Positions 24,290 through 38,439 of a stretch of 64,000 nucleotides of DNA are shown here, piece by piece (the stretch's first letter is position 1; each line of letters opens with the position of its first letter). Origin of the DNA: Octopus sinensis (lineage: Eukaryota); NCBI RefSeq assembly GCF_006345805.1, contig NC_043003.1, positions 78,926,001 to 78,990,000 of the forward strand. The letters are read 5' to 3'. Below the pieces are notes generated by a model. That model was not told the origin of the DNA and searched no databases. It saw only the letters and a list, made by a program, of their open reading frames with translations. The position numbers and the translations under genes are program-made.

Positions 24290-25190
24290 GCCAAACAACA
24301 CAAGATATTGTTGCTAAAAGCATTACACCCGAAAGAACTGTGTACAGGATTATAAAACCTCTGACCCTCAAGATAGGGCTTTAATGAAAAATTCATTGAG
24401 GAATCGAAGTGCCGGCAGCAAAGAGCTTGCTAAAGAGTGGTAATCAGCTAGTGTCGGTGCTTCAGCTCGGACTGTTCGACGATGACTTTTTGACAACGGT
24501 CTCGCTTCACGGAGTGTTGCAAAGAAACCATTCTTGTCCAAGAAAAACGTGAAGGACAGGCTTGTCTTTAGCAGAAATTATAAAATTGGTCTAGTGAACA
24601 ATGGAACAAAGTGATCTTTTCTGATGAAGTACTATTCCATTCGTTTGGGACATCTGGAAAAAAGCTCGTCAGAAGGCAACAAGGTTAACGCTATGGTGAG
24701 GCCTGTATCGTGCCCACAGTCAAGCATCCAGAAACCATACATATGTGGGGTTGTTTTTCATCCAAGGGCGTTGGATCACTGTCGGTTTTGCCGAAAAACA
24801 CTTCTATCAATTCCACATGGTACCAAAATATCCTCGAAAACCATCTCCTTCCAACCATTGAGAGGCAGTTTGGCGAAGAAACTTAACTTACATTTTTCAA
24901 CAAGGTGGAACACGTTGCCACACTGCTAAAAAGATTAAAAAGTATCTTAGAAAAAAAGGTATAGAAATTTTGGAACCTTGGGTGGGAAATTCTCCAGATT
25001 TAAATCCTATTGAAAATTTATGGTACATCCTTAAAATCCTAGTTGACAGAGAAAAAAACCAACAAATATTGAACAGTTGAAAGCTCACGTACAGCAAGAA
25101 TGGAGGTCTGTAAACATAGAACTGGCTCAATCATTGGTTCCCAGCATGCCTAAACGAATCATGGACGTCTAAAAAAATAGGGGACGCCAC
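24290..25190 (+). mobile_element. Decayed Tc1 (DDxE) transposase
   Basis: WNKVIFSDE, PTVKHPETIHMWGCFSSKGVGSL, FQQGGTRCHTAK and GNSPDLNPIENLW in shifting frames. Confidence 0.9.
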
Positions 25191-25478
25191 TGCTTATCAG
25201 AGAGGAAGATTAATAACTGTGTATCACGCCTTATTATTTATTGCTCATATGGTTCAAGTGTGTTACTATTCTTCGTTAACATGCTCGTACGAGCTCAAGC
25301 AAATCATCCTTTTGCCTTAGATAGGCATATTTATATACATTTTGGTGCAAAATAATACTTTTACCAAAATCATTGGCCACAACTGTAGATACCTGAAATA
25401 ATTAAGAGAAGTATGCTTCATGCCCCTATACTCGTTTGCAAGTGTCAGCAGCTGTAACTTTTTATGGTAACTAAAACA

Positions 25479-26253
25479 AATATTGATTTCAAATTTTGTC
25501 ACAAGGCCAGCAATTTCGGAAGAGTGATTAAGTCGATTAGATCAACGCCAGTGCTCAACTGGTACTTATTTTATCAACCTCGAAAGGATGAAAGGCAAAG
25601 TCTATCCCGTGGAATTTGAACTTAGAACGTAAAGATAGCTCGCTGCCTTTGATTGCTACACATATTGATTTCAAATTTTGATACTAGGCCAGCAGTTTCG
25701 GGAGAGGGTGTAAGTAGATTATATCGGCCCCACTGCTGAACTGGCACTTATTTTATTAACCCCGAAAGGGTGAAAAGTAAATTCGATCCCTGTGGAAGTT
25801 GAACTCAGAGCGTAAAGATAGACGAAATGCCGCTTATCATTTTGTCCAGCATGTTGACGATTCTTATTTCTTTACTGCCCACAAGGGGCTAAACACAGAG
25901 GGAACAAACAAGGACAGACAAAGGGATTAAGTCGATTACATCGACCCCAGTGCAGACGAAATACCGTTAAACATTTCGCCCGACGTGCAAAAGTTTCTGC
26001 CAGCTCGCCGCCATGTTGACGATTCTGCCAGCTCGCTGCCTTAACCAAAGCAAATATTGATTTCAAATTTTGGTACAAGGCCAGCAATTTCGGGAGAGGG
26101 GGTAAATCGACCCCAGTGCTCAACTGATACTTATTTTATCGATCACGAAAGGATGAAAATAATAGCAAAGTTAATCTCGACGACGTAAAGCCGGATGAAA
26201 TGTCACTAAGCATTGTGTCCAAAGTATTAACGATTCTAGCAGCTCGCAGTCTT
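25479..26253 (-). mobile_element. Three head-to-tail older SINE B copies; the middle one carries a nested younger B (25865-26012) with a 14-bp TSD
   Basis: TSD ATGTTGACGATTCT at 25851-25864 and 26013-26026. Confidence 0.85.
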
Positions 26254-27004
26254 AACTGCTGATATAATGAGAGGAACCATCAATATAATTTGCATGTTTT
26301 ATCATGTGTGTATTTGTGTGCATATGTGTGTGTGTACGGTAGAGGTCTCCGTGGGTGTAAAGTGTTCAGTGATTAATGATATTGCGGCGACAGCTCAATC
26401 AAAGAAACCTATCCTTAATCAGAGCTAGTCGACATAAATACTGCTTTTTGCTTGTTTGTTTTTTGAGTAGGCTTGACGATTTAAGGTGACATCTTAAGGG
26501 AAGCAAGTTGCTGTGACGTAGGTGCTTATCCGGAGATAATTAGGAATCTAAATGACTCAAGTTAGACGCAACGAAAGATTAAGCCAGCAACCGCATTCTC
26601 GGTTAACCATCGCAGTTAACTCTATGATATAAAGAGAAATCGACCACATTATAAACGAGACAGCAAAACGTTGGGAAGAAAAAGGGAGGGTCGTGGGGAA
26701 GAGGAACTTAATTTAATCGACACCGATAATTACAGGTACTTATTTTATCAATGCAGCAAAGTCAACTTTGGTAGACTTTGAACTACAAAGTGTAAAGGAA
26801 TGTTGAAACAGTTATTATTGTATTTTCAATGAGTCACCATTAACCAATAATGATAAACACTGATTGATTCTTGTTATGATTCAGGTCTTTGTTTTTTTCA
26901 ACTCTTTGATTGTCTGGCGATTTGGTTGTGAATATCAAAGTCTCTTGCCACACTTCTATGACGTATCCTTTGAGTTCGCTTGTTACGATCAAAGAAATAA
27001 ATAA

Positions 27005-27216
27005 TAATAATAATGGTTTTAAATTTTGCAGCCATTTTGGGGAAGGTATGAGTCAATTACATCGACCCTCAGTGTTCAACTAGTACTTGTTTTTTCGACC
27101 TCGAAATGATGAAAGCAAAGTCGACCTCGGTGGAATTTGAACTCAGAGTGTAAAGATAGACTAAATGTCGCCAAGCATTTTGCCCGTCGTGCTAACGATT
27201 CTGCCAGCTCATCGCC

Positions 27217-27218
<2 letters not shown>
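27005..27218 (-). mobile_element. SINE B, older subfamily
   Basis: Family B head and central domain on the minus strand. Confidence 0.8.
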
Positions 27219-27277
<59 letters not shown>

Positions 27278-27280
<3 letters not shown>

Positions 27281-28932
27281 TCCTTTCTTTATTGGCCACA
27301 AGGACTGAACAGAAAAACATATAAGGATAATACAAAACAAGGGAGAAGTGGGGTTTAAAACAGAAAACGTATAAACAATCAAACAAAAACAAAATCAGTT
27401 AACAAAAAATGTAACAACAAAATTCTCCAACAGGGGGAGTTCCGACCAGGGCACCCCACACATCCTGGTCACTCTGACTACCAAGGGCACGCCTGGTAGA
27501 TACCCCTCTTCCCATCAACTGCTCCGGCTTACAGACGAATATTCAGAAAAGGCCTGATCACACGCGCCTTTTTCGCAACATTCACTCACCTCTCAACAAA
27601 ATTACTGGGGCGAGGGAGGCTGTACTTCCCTCTGTACCCTCACTTTCGTTTTCAAGTGGAACTTGAAAAAGTTGATGAGAGCTCGGCCGAAGAGGAAAGT
27701 GTCTGTCTTCAGTCCTTTCAGCCGCGTCCACCACATTACCTTATTCGCTATAGCCCACCAGGCGGAAGAAAATTGCCTTTCCCACCCGGCCAAAAGAATG
27801 CGACGGGGTGATCCTCACAGTGGACTCGGCTGGTAACTGGATCCGTCCTACACGTGACAACAGCTATTCGACAAAGCTCTACAGGTCAGTAATGCACGGA
27901 CATTGGACGGATGGATGCAGGATGGTTACATCGTCCTGCGCACACCATGGACAGGTCCATCTGACAGCATTTCCGTGCCTGTAGAGCTTGTGTCGAACCG
28001 AGAGAGCTCCTCGGTGGCACTGCCAGGCCAGGTATTTCTGGAAGTTATCCAAAATTCCTCCGGAAAAGGCCAGTTAGTCGATCCGTCCCGACATCCAGTG
28101 TTTCCCGTACTACGTCGTCGCTCTTTCCCTCCACTAATCCCCTATAGAACTCCATGGTGGAACTTCCACCGACCACGTTGCCCGTCTGACAGAAAGCTGT
28201 GAGCACTTGCCGACACTCCAGGTATCAAGCATCTTTTTGTAGTCTGCACTTGACCCAGGACTGTAGCACCGTCAATGTGACGGCGACCACACCTACCCAC
28301 AATTAAGGAAACGCTGGAGAAGTCACAGCTTCAGTGCATGTCTGCGCATCATTAGACATGGCATGCTCAGTTCTCCATTCAGCGACTGTTGGACCGTATG
28401 ACGAGCGCAACACGTCCCTTCCATAGGAAGTAGAAGAGCAAGTGCTCCAACTTTATTAGGCACGAAGTAGGGAGGGCAAGGGATGACGGTCAGGCGGTAG
28501 TAGATGACGGAAGTGGTGTACGCATTCGAAACCTCCGCCGGACACTTCAGGGACAGCTTTCTCTCTGCCCATTTCGGGGTAAGATTGGTTACCTTGCTCA
28601 TCACCTCCCCTGAGCTCTTGTACACCTGCAGTTCTGGATCAAACCAGACGCCAAGTTATTAAACCGGTCCTTCCGTCCAGCGCCCTACAACGCTGTCGGT
28701 TGGCATGAACCTGCCTTTCCAGGGGCTGAGCAGCAGGCCCACCGATTTCTCCTGGTTGATCTTTGCTCCAGTAAGCGCTTCGTACTCCCTTAGAGCAGTG
28801 CCGATCACCTCGATTTTCGAGATGTCCGACGGTGACGTCGTCAGTGTAAGCCGACACGAAACTACTACATCCTAGATCGCGCAGGATTCCGCTTGAAATA
28901 TCCAGCTTCCGCTGCAATGGCTAGAGAGCCAG
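27278..28932 (-). mobile_element. L1/Tx1-clade LINE, 5'-truncated 3' half with (ATT)n tail
   Basis: SAYTDDVTV, WAERKLSLKCPAEVSNAYTTSVIYYRLTVIPCP; homologous to the RT at 22351-23120; 3' UTR ends at the (AAT)n tract 27219-27277. Confidence 0.88.
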
Positions 28933-29444
28933 AACGAAGAAATTAATTAAGCCTCAGTATATCAGTTTTGCTGGTAATGATGCCAGCCCATTGTCAGATG
29001 TAATCAAGAAGGCATATAACAGAAGATATTCTAGTCGTGACTATCTCACTTTTTGCATCTCTGGAGTACTGAAATGCTCAGGTGGAAATAGCTGGAGTGC
29101 AAATATTTCTAGTGAATTCAAGATAATGTCGAAACACTGACGCATCACCACCGCCGCCGTCGCTACCACCATTATTACAATTATTAATACCTGTGACACT
29201 GACACCAAAAGAAGCAATAACAGAACCACTGAAAATGCAAGATCGATTTTCTGGAATGTTTGATCCCAAAGCCTTTCCGGGTTAGAGATTTTTTTCTGAA
29301 CCAGGAGGGATCAACTTTTTCGACAAGCTCTAAATTAAACAAATATTAAATTTATTTACATAATTAAATGAAATACGGGTATCAGTACATTAGTATAAAC
29401 GAGTTAAGCTTATCAATACTGTACTGTGCAAAGTACTTAGTAAG

Positions 29445-29735
29445 GACACCCCTTCGGCCATGAATGACCATGGGATTGCACCTAGAAAGTTACCCTCTGA
29501 GGCACAAGTCCGGGGAAGGTTGTTTAGGGAAGACCAACAGTTGCCTATGCATACCAGCCTCCTCTCTCTACGCTACCGATGTTATCCAAGGAGGAAGGCA
29601 AAGGCCGATACAGCTTGGCAACGTGAAATAAAATGTTTTGCTCAAGAGCACAACACACAGCCCGATCCGAGAAGCGAACTCATTACTTTATTATTGTGAG
29701 CCCGACGCTTTAAACACAGAGCCATGCGCCTTCAC
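29445..29735 (-). mobile_element. SINE family D
   Basis: Homologous to 19537-19859; head GTGAAGGCGCATGGCTC. Confidence 0.85.
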
Positions 29736-29907
29736 ACGTAAGGCAAAGTACTAGACTGTGCAAATTACCAGCAGACTAGTTTGGTAGCCACGGGAATCTG
29801 AATTAGTGTGGTTTATAGGAGGTTCCGGTCCTTCGTTGTCTGGAAAGTCGGTGATGTATCGGTATTATAACACAGAATATATACACATTTTACAATATAA
29901 TCTACTT

Positions 29908-30142
29908 AAGGCGGTGAGCTGGCAGAAACGTTAGCACGCCGGGCGAAATGTTTAGCGGTATTTCGGCTGTCGTTACGTTGTGAGTTCAAATTATGCCGAG
30001 GTCGACTTTGCCTTTCATCCTTTCGGGGTCAATAAATTAAGTACCAGTTACGCACTGGGGTTGATGTAATCGACTTAATACCTATTTCTGTCCTTGTTTA
30101 TCCCCTCAATGTTTAGCCCCTTGTGGGTAATAAAGAAATAGG
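29908..30142 (+). mobile_element. SINE B monomer
   Basis: Full head to AAAGAAATAGG end. Confidence 0.9.
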
Positions 30143-32691
30143 TATTATAAAAAAAAATGGCAGTGCCCCAGCATGGCCACAGCTCGTTAGCTGAAACTAG
30201 AATCAATCAATCAATCATTGTAGGTTCAGTATGTTTGGAAACACAGTGTATATGTTGCTTATCATAAATGAATGTATTTGTTTCTATTTACGGTGCGTTT
30301 GGATGAGGGATGAAGATTCAGATGCTAGATGTAATCAAGTGGATATTCTTGGGTGAAGATACTTTGAGTGGACATATTGTAGTGGCGATTCTTCAAGTTA
30401 TGGAGTGACTAGTCTTCAATTTGATATTCCGGGCTGAGAATTATTCCGGTGATCTAATTTTTCATTTTGCTACATTTATTACCACTTGTTTGTTGCTTGC
30501 TAGACTTACTTTTATGGCTGTGTGTGTGTGTGTGTGTGTGAAAGAGAGAGAGAGAGGGGTGAGAGGGAGAGGGAGAGAGAGAAAGACAGAAACAGAGAGA
30601 CAGACAAAGAGAGAAAACAGACAGACAGGCACACAGATAGACAGACAGAGGAAGGGAAAATTTATGTACATCAGGGGAAACAATCACTTTTATTTTCTTG
30701 TTTTTAAGGTGGAAAGGTTTCGTTTTCTCTTGGTGGGAGGAAATATAACCCATGGGATATAAACGGGGTTTTATTTAATTTTTTTTTTACATACCGGTAA
30801 AAAATTAAAAAATTTTACAAAGTGATATACAGTCAATTATTCATCCTCGTCACAGAGTAAAAACAAGAAAAAAATGAAATCGATTCCAGTCAGATTTGAA
30901 CCTAGAACGTAAATATATTTTCTACCATTCCATCGCCTTTTGTTCTGTAGGAGTATAAAAGAGAACCATTGTAAGTGAGAGATGTCAACCGTCTCAGTCA
31001 AAGCAAGTATTTCGTGGCCATCAACTTGTTTCTCTAATGTACTTAATATGTGTGTAATTGTGTGTATAATTAAGTTATTCCTTCTATTGTTTGAGAGCTG
31101 AACAACCCAGAATCGAAATATATATTATAAATGAAACGAGTGATGTGTAAATAAGCCACATTATGAGCAAATACAATTATCTGAGTCGGAACAAATGTAC
31201 CGAAAATAATATTTTGAGAAAGTCTATAATGAGTCACCATTTCGTCCAAGAAATACCAAAATGTTGGCTACAGTGAATCATTCCTTCACTGAATTGTTCC
31301 AGAGAATACAAAAGAGAGAGGGAAAGGAAAATAACTAATCTTATTGTATCTTTAAATATGGCCAATGAATCAGTATTTTATATTCTATATTCACATTGTT
31401 GCTGCTGCTGTTACTATTATTTATTTCTACGTCATTCCAAATTAGTACACGTTCCATCTGTGCTTATCTTCTGTTTTTCCCAAACATATTTCACCCAAGA
31501 TCTCATTACCCAATATGTGTGTGTGTGACTTACATTTCTAAGACTGTAGGGTGTGATTTAAAGTAAATGCAGCTGCTGCTTCTAGTAGGTCGAGAAACCG
31601 AATAGAAACTTCCTCAGGCTGGACAGATGTGAGTGACGGATTTCATAAAGATACCAAATGGGAATAATGGGATCGAGATAGTGACTTGTATCTGATAGCC
31701 AGTGATAAATCTTGTCCGTAGTCAAAACACTTAACTCTCCAGAGCTGCCTACTTCCAACTTGTTCTCTAAATAATTATTGTTGCTTAACTCCAGATTACC
31801 CCCGATTAAGTAGACTTACGATCAAGAGGTTTCCAAACATGATCATTAAGTATTGCGTCATTCAATGTATCCAACTTTATTCAAGACCACATAGTTTGAT
31901 GTAAAGGTGATTAGGCTGCTATTTCTAGTGAGACTGGCAATCAGGTGGAGCTACATTCCTTAGTAGATACCACAGATTAGGGATAAACAGCGGTAGCACA
32001 ATGAAAACGATGGGTGGTGATTAATTCCTTGTGTTGCTGCGCTACTGTGTTCATTTACTGCTTCAGTGAAATGTCATCTGTGAGAAACTAGCTTCTTATC
32101 CGAATGGAGATGTTTTCATTCATTGACTTTACGTAACTACAACTCGAAATAAGCCCCAGCACTATTTGCGAAAGCCTACGACTGTGAACAGAAATAAATT
32201 TGATCCACTTTACTGATTAAAGACCTTGAAATATGGTAGTGTTGGAGCACCGCTATCACACCATTCTTATGTTTGAAACATTGTATTAAAATTAGATATG
32301 AATAAATACACTTCACAATAAAGATTAAACGTCTTCTAAGCAACTGGTTTGTTTTGGGCCACACAGGAGTTCAGACCTTTCTGGAAAGAAACTGATTTTG
32401 CTATGCACCAAGATGAAAGCTTTACTGTAAAGCCTTTGAAATTCAACAGCTTATTGAACTCACTAATATATTCTTTAATAAGAATCAAATTAGATAAACT
32501 CAGATTGAATAAGACTGTCGGCACCCATCACTCGAAATATATTCTTCATACTCCGGTAAAGAAAATATAATAGATTTTTTTCATATTGTACACTCTCCAT
32601 CTTCAATTTTAAAAATATTATTATGAAAAAGATGATTACAAAAGTATCTTGAGCGGGACTTGCACTCAGGATGTAAAGATACGAATCTAAA

Positions 32692-32890
32692 TAATGGCTT
32701 CCAATTTTGGTACACGGCCAGGAATTTCGGGGTGAGGCGGAGTAAGTCGATTACATGGATCCCCATTACTCAACTGGTACTTACTTCATCGATCCCGAAA
32801 GGATGAAAGGCAAAGTTGACCTCAGCGGAATTCGAACTCAAACTAAGAATTTTGTCCGGAGTGCTTACGATTCTGTCAGCTAGCCGCCTT
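32692..32890 (-). mobile_element. SINE B, older subfamily
   Basis: Central domain and head recognisable; further decayed B remnants at about 33770-34080. Confidence 0.78.
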
Positions 32891-34964
32891 ACGAAACTAA
32901 ATAATACTAAATATTTAGATGAATGGTCAACGCGTAGTGACACGGTAGCAAACTTATTGGATTAGTGGATAAGATTTCTTACTATGGCAAGCAAACATAA
33001 CCTTTGATGAATTCAGCTGTTGATTGAGACCAACCCCAATACTCCTTTGATATACCTATTTTATCGTAAGTATACAGCCAGTTTCCAGAGGAAGATACAA
33101 TAGATTATATTGTTTTCAGTACTTGGCTGATACTGCTTTTATCGCATCCCAAAACATTGGAAAAGTCGGTGGTGGCAACACTTAAACTCAAAATGTTTGA
33201 GACTTAGTACTACTCGGTATTCTGTTTAACGTATTGAATTGAACAAATCACAGACTTTATCACCCGACTACACTGCGTAACATTTTTATTTATTCATTCA
33301 TTTGTCTGTAGTCAGTAAGTGTTATTTCCTATTTGTTTCTATTTAGTAAGTGTTATTTGCTATTTGCTTCTAATCCCTTCAAATTTTGCTTTTGTGAACC
33401 TACATCAATATTTTGAAACTGGCTTATTTTCCATTATGTTTCAGACAGATACAACGTTGAATTGTTGAAATAGGAATATCATTATAGAAAGTATTCTGCT
33501 CTTGTCAGTTGTTTGACCTTAACCACTTGAGCAGGTCCCTTAGTGGCTGACAATATATGCATCTGTGAGCAGGAGTAGTAGAGGAGCATTAGAGCCATGT
33601 GTTGAGAGGGATTCTTTGTAGTTTGAATAAATATAACAAAAGCAAAGTTTGAAGGAAATATTAGCTATTTTCCATACTTTCTGGGGGGTAAGCAAGAAAT
33701 AAAGTGTTGCTACTCAAAGACAAGAATCGTGTCACACAATGCAATTGCTATTACAAATAGGAATTGCTTCTAACATATGCGCAAGGCCTGATATTTGTAA
33801 GGAGTGACTTAGTCGATACCATTCGCCCTAATATTTGACTGGTACTTTATCCTAAAGATTTCGGCGGAATATAAGGCAAAGTTAACCTCAGCGGGATTAC
33901 TACTGCTACTACTAATATTAATTTCTAATTTAGGTACAAAGGCAAGTAATTCCGAAATTACTAAATTGACCCTATTTTATTTTATTGATCCTGAAAAGGT
34001 GAAAAGTAAAGTTCACCGCAACAGGATGTGGGACTCAGACCTTAAAAAACCGAAACAATTGCCTCTAGGCATTTTGTTCAACCAAAACCCGACTCTCTCT
34101 TTCTCTCCTCACTATCCCCCCTCTCTCTCTCTCTTTCCCGCTTTCTCTCTTTTCCAATTACTCTTTCAAAAAACTCTTTCTTAACATTTTATAACTCTTT
34201 AGTCGTTGTTCTCCACTCTTACATTGAATCCAATAAAACTATCTTTTTTTTTCCCTGTTTATTTAGATTTTCTCAGTTGCCAAACACTGTCGCCTCACTG
34301 AAGAGGGAGGAAGGAGAGGAGGAGGAGGAGGAGGAGGAAGAAGAAGAAGAAAGAGATAGTGAAAGAGAGGGAGACAGAGGGGAGACAGACAGACAGACAG
34401 GCAGACGAAGAAAGGGGAGAGATGTAAAGCCAGATATTATACTCATCATCTGTTGCTATTGAACACAAACTAGCAAGTAGCCTTGTCTTTGTTTATTGAT
34501 CGGATACAAGCCTCCAGTGAGCTAAATAGCCTGTATTTTGGTATCAAATGCTATGTCACTTTTCTACAGCATCCTCATTCTCTCTTTCTTTTCTCTCTCT
34601 TTTTCTGTCAATCTCTCCCTCAGTCAGTCTATATATTCATATCTATCTTTCACTATCCTCTCATCTCTTTTTCCTTTTTCTTGCCAGCTGCCTTTACTAA
34701 GCGTTTCACGGATCATTATATCTTACGTCTAACTTCATGCAGATATTTTTTTCTTCTTCATATGTCATAACGACTATTTTATATTTTCTAATATATGAAA
34801 CGGGGGTCGCTTTACACCTCAGTAAATATTTTTGCATCGTGTCATTCGTAATGATGTATTTTGTGTGTTTGTTGTTTAATCGCTTTCCTTTCTGTCGTCT
34901 TCTCTCACTACCATTTATTCTTCATCTTGTAAACAAAACAAAATTAACAACAATGAAGAAAATC

Positions 34965-35161
34965 ACTGGGCATTCTTTTTTCTTCTTCTTCTTCTTCTTC
35001 TTCTTCTTCTTCTTCTTCTTCTTCTTCTTCTTCTTCTTCTTCTTCTTCTTCTCTTCTTCTTCTTCTTCTTTTCTTCTTCTTCTTCTTCTTCTCTTCTTCT
35101 TCTCTTCTTCTTCTTCTTCTTCTTCTTCTTCTTCTTCTCATTATTATTATTATTATTATTA

Positions 35162-35192
<31 letters not shown>

Positions 35193-35280
35193 GTTATTAT
35201 TATCATTATTATTATCATCATCATCATCATCATCATCATCATTATTATCATTATTGTTGTTGTTGTTGTCGTTATTATTA
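34965..35280. repeat. Compound trinucleotide repeat (TTC)n(ATT)n(ATC)n(GTT)n
   Basis: Read directly. Confidence 0.97.
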
Positions 35281-35770
35281 TCTGTATGCTTCAAAGTATT
35301 TTATCTTGTCCATCGATTGCTCTCATCATTCATGACATATATTGTCAGTTATTCAAATATGGGGGTTGCTGGAAATCATGTTCTTTTAATCCTCTTTGAT
35401 AATAGATATAGTCAATATCGACAGTTACTCAAATAAAGCTTCCAGTTCCGATTCTGACCGAACATTTTCTCCAACACCAATCCCGTCAACATTAAACCAT
35501 TATGTCTCTTCTCTTCTCTTCTCTTCAAATGACATTATTGTAAGCATTAAAATTATAAATATTGGGCATATATTTTGTAAGAATGGTCGTGAAATAACAC
35601 CTGAAATATCTAGATCGACGATCTTTTCATCTCTGCTAAACTTATTGAAATATTTTCTCGTTAGGACTAATTGAAAAGATACAAGAAAGATTGAGATATT
35701 ATATTCAGCAAAGATTTGGTGAACGTCCTTTTCTGAGTTCAAACGCTACCCAGATCGACTTGAATGTTGA

Positions 35771-36250
35771 AGGCGGCGAGCTGGCAGAAGCTTTAGCACG
35801 CCGGGCGAAATGCGTAGCCGTATTTCGTCTGCCGTTACGTTCTGGGTTCAAATTCCGCCGAGGTCGACTTTGCCTTTCATCCTTTCGGGGTCGATAAATT
35901 AAGTACCTATTTCTTTATTACCCACAAGGGGCTAAACACAGAGGGGACAAACAAGGACAGACATAGGTATTAAGTCGATTACATCGACCCCAGTGCGTAA
36001 CTGGTACTTAATTTATCGACCCCGAAAGGATGAAAGGCAAAGTCGACCTCGGCGGAATTTGAACTCAGAACGTAACGGCAGACGAAATACCGCTAAGCAT
36101 TTATCCCAGCATGCTAACGTTTCTGCCAGCTCGCCGCCTTGATAAATTAAGTACCAGTTACGCACTGGGGTCGATGTAATCGATTTAATCCGTGTGTCTG
36201 TCCTTGTTTGTCCCCTCTATGTTTAGTCCCTTGTGGGTAATAAAGAAACA
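35771..36250 (+). mobile_element. SINE B host (+) interrupted by an inverted SINE B (35907-36140, -) with a 14-15-bp TSD
   Basis: TSD GATAAATTAAGTAC(C) at 35893-35907 and 36141-36155. Confidence 0.92.
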
Positions 36251-37174
36251 GAATGTTTTATTTTTCGGGAGTCGAAGAAATATGTTATGCACTACATTTT
36301 ATACATGTTTAATGCCAAACCTTTAGCCAAAAATCGTAACGCATCTTGGATTAATTTCCCAATGTGTCCATTTTTCGGAAAGTAGAGTGCGATGTGAGTT
36401 TCGTTTGCTATTTTTGGCATGTAAAGCAACAACATGCAAGAACTCTCGTTAGTTCGATTAAGTATTTCAGGTTATTGCTGCTATCTGCGTTATTGTTACC
36501 GACACTCAAAGAATTCTTTTCCTTTCTTAGATTGATTAGATAGTTACCTCTGACACGATTGTATTATGAAATCCTCTCCCAACATAACCACTATCAAATA
36601 AATATCCACATCATCGTGATCTCCACCTCCCACCGCTGCAGTTAAATTAGTTATCACCATGATGGTCCTTACCTCCCACCATCACCGCTGTTAAATTAGC
36701 AACCATGTTATGGCGATCACCTCCCATCATCATCATCACCGTTAAATTTGTTTCCACCGTTACGGTCAATCTCTCACCGCCACCATTTTAATTTAGCTAC
36801 TACCACTATGGCTATTATCTTCCACTATTACCACTTCCAAATGAACCACCACCGTTATGTGAATTACTTTCTATCATCATCGCTGTAGCCATTTTGAAAT
36901 GTAATCCTACCGTGAAATCAAAAACGCACAATAATTAACAATGTGTCTTCACCATAAAGAAAAGAGATATTTAATAATTAAAATTCTGTTCCTCCTCCAC
37001 CTTCCACTTCCGCTTCTCTCCCCTACTTCTCCATGTTGTTATAACAACAATAAAACAAATATAATTAAATTACGCTAGAGAAACTATCATAACAATTCAA
37101 GACATACATTTTATATATTAAAAACCAAACAACAACAATTTCTAAGCTAAGTTCAAGGTCAGTCATTATTTTCT

Positions 37175-37500
37175 ACTCAAGGCACAAGGAGGGGGATGAG
37201 TCTATTAGATCAACCCCAGTACGCAATTCGTACTTAATTTATCGACCCCGAAAGAATGAAAGGCAAAGTCGACCTCGGCGGAATTTGAACTCAGAACGTA
37301 GCCACAAGGGGCTAAACGCAGAGAGGACAAAGACAGACAAACGGATTAAGTCGATTATATCGACCCCAGTGCGTAACTGGTACTTATTTAATCGACCCCG
37401 AAAAGACGAAAGGCAAAGTCGACCTCGGCGGAATTTGAACTCAGAACATAACGGCAGACGAAATACTGCTACGCATTTCGCCCGGCGTGCTCGCCGCCTT
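37175..37500 (-). mobile_element. SINE B dimer with deletions
   Basis: Two central domains in tandem. Confidence 0.85.
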
Positions 37501-37835
37501 TCACGGTCAGTTATTCGGAAGGGAGTACAGTTGATTATCTAAACAGCAGGGCCTGTTTTTTTTTTTTGTTTTTTTATTTTACATCTCATTTCACCTGTGA
37601 AGGAACGTAGCCTTATCATTAAAATGTTGAGAGCACGATCATAAGATTGTGGGTTCGATTCTTTGACTGCGACGAGTTAGAGCCTTGAGCAAGCCAGTTC
37701 ATATCAGGTTGCTGCAGTCAACTCTACTGACTGTAAGTGTACCTAAAGATAGTAGCGGAAGTTGCGTACCTGTTACTAGGTTATAGTTGTTTTGTATGAC
37801 GGGCATATATTTTGAAATTATAATTATGGGCTCCG

Positions 37836-38205
37836 GCATGGCTATGTGGTAAAGTTTGCCTCCAAACCACATTGTTCCATGTTCAGTCTCACTGCGTGGC
37901 ACCTAGGGAAAGTGTCTTCTACTATAGCTCCAGATAACCAAAGCCTTGTGAGTGGATTTGATAGACGGAAACGAAAATGACCCCGTTGCGTGCGCGCGCA
38001 TTTGTGTTTGTCTTCCTCCACCAGCACCTGATAACCGGTGTTGATGTGTCTACGTCCTCGTAAGTTACCTGTTCGGCATAAAGTCCGGTAAAATAAGTAC
38101 CAGGCTTTAAATATTAATACCGGGATCGAGTTGTTCGATTAAGATTCTTTAAGGCGGTGCCCCAGCATGGTCGCAGTCTAATGAGTGAAACAAGTAAAAG
38201 ATAAA
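37836..38205 (+). mobile_element. SINE A, old divergent copy
   Basis: Head, body and tail recognisable. Confidence 0.8.
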
Positions 38206-38439
38206 ATAATTTATTTTATGAACAGGTTACCATTGGACCGACCAGTCACTAGTTCTCTGCATTTCTGACGGTAAATGGTAGAAGGAAATGACTGTGCTAC
38301 TCGGGTGGAATAACTATGACAAGGTATTCCTTTTTATCGGATATATTTCACTTTCCACGGATCTTACACAAACACAACCTCCGCAAAATTCAACGTACGC
38401 ACATACATATATACCTCCCCACATACACACTCACACATA

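Noticed and set aside
29861-30150. GGTATTATAA on both sides of a SINE B copy as a TSD
   Set aside because: The left copy is about 38 bp from the element start, so it is not a clean TSD.
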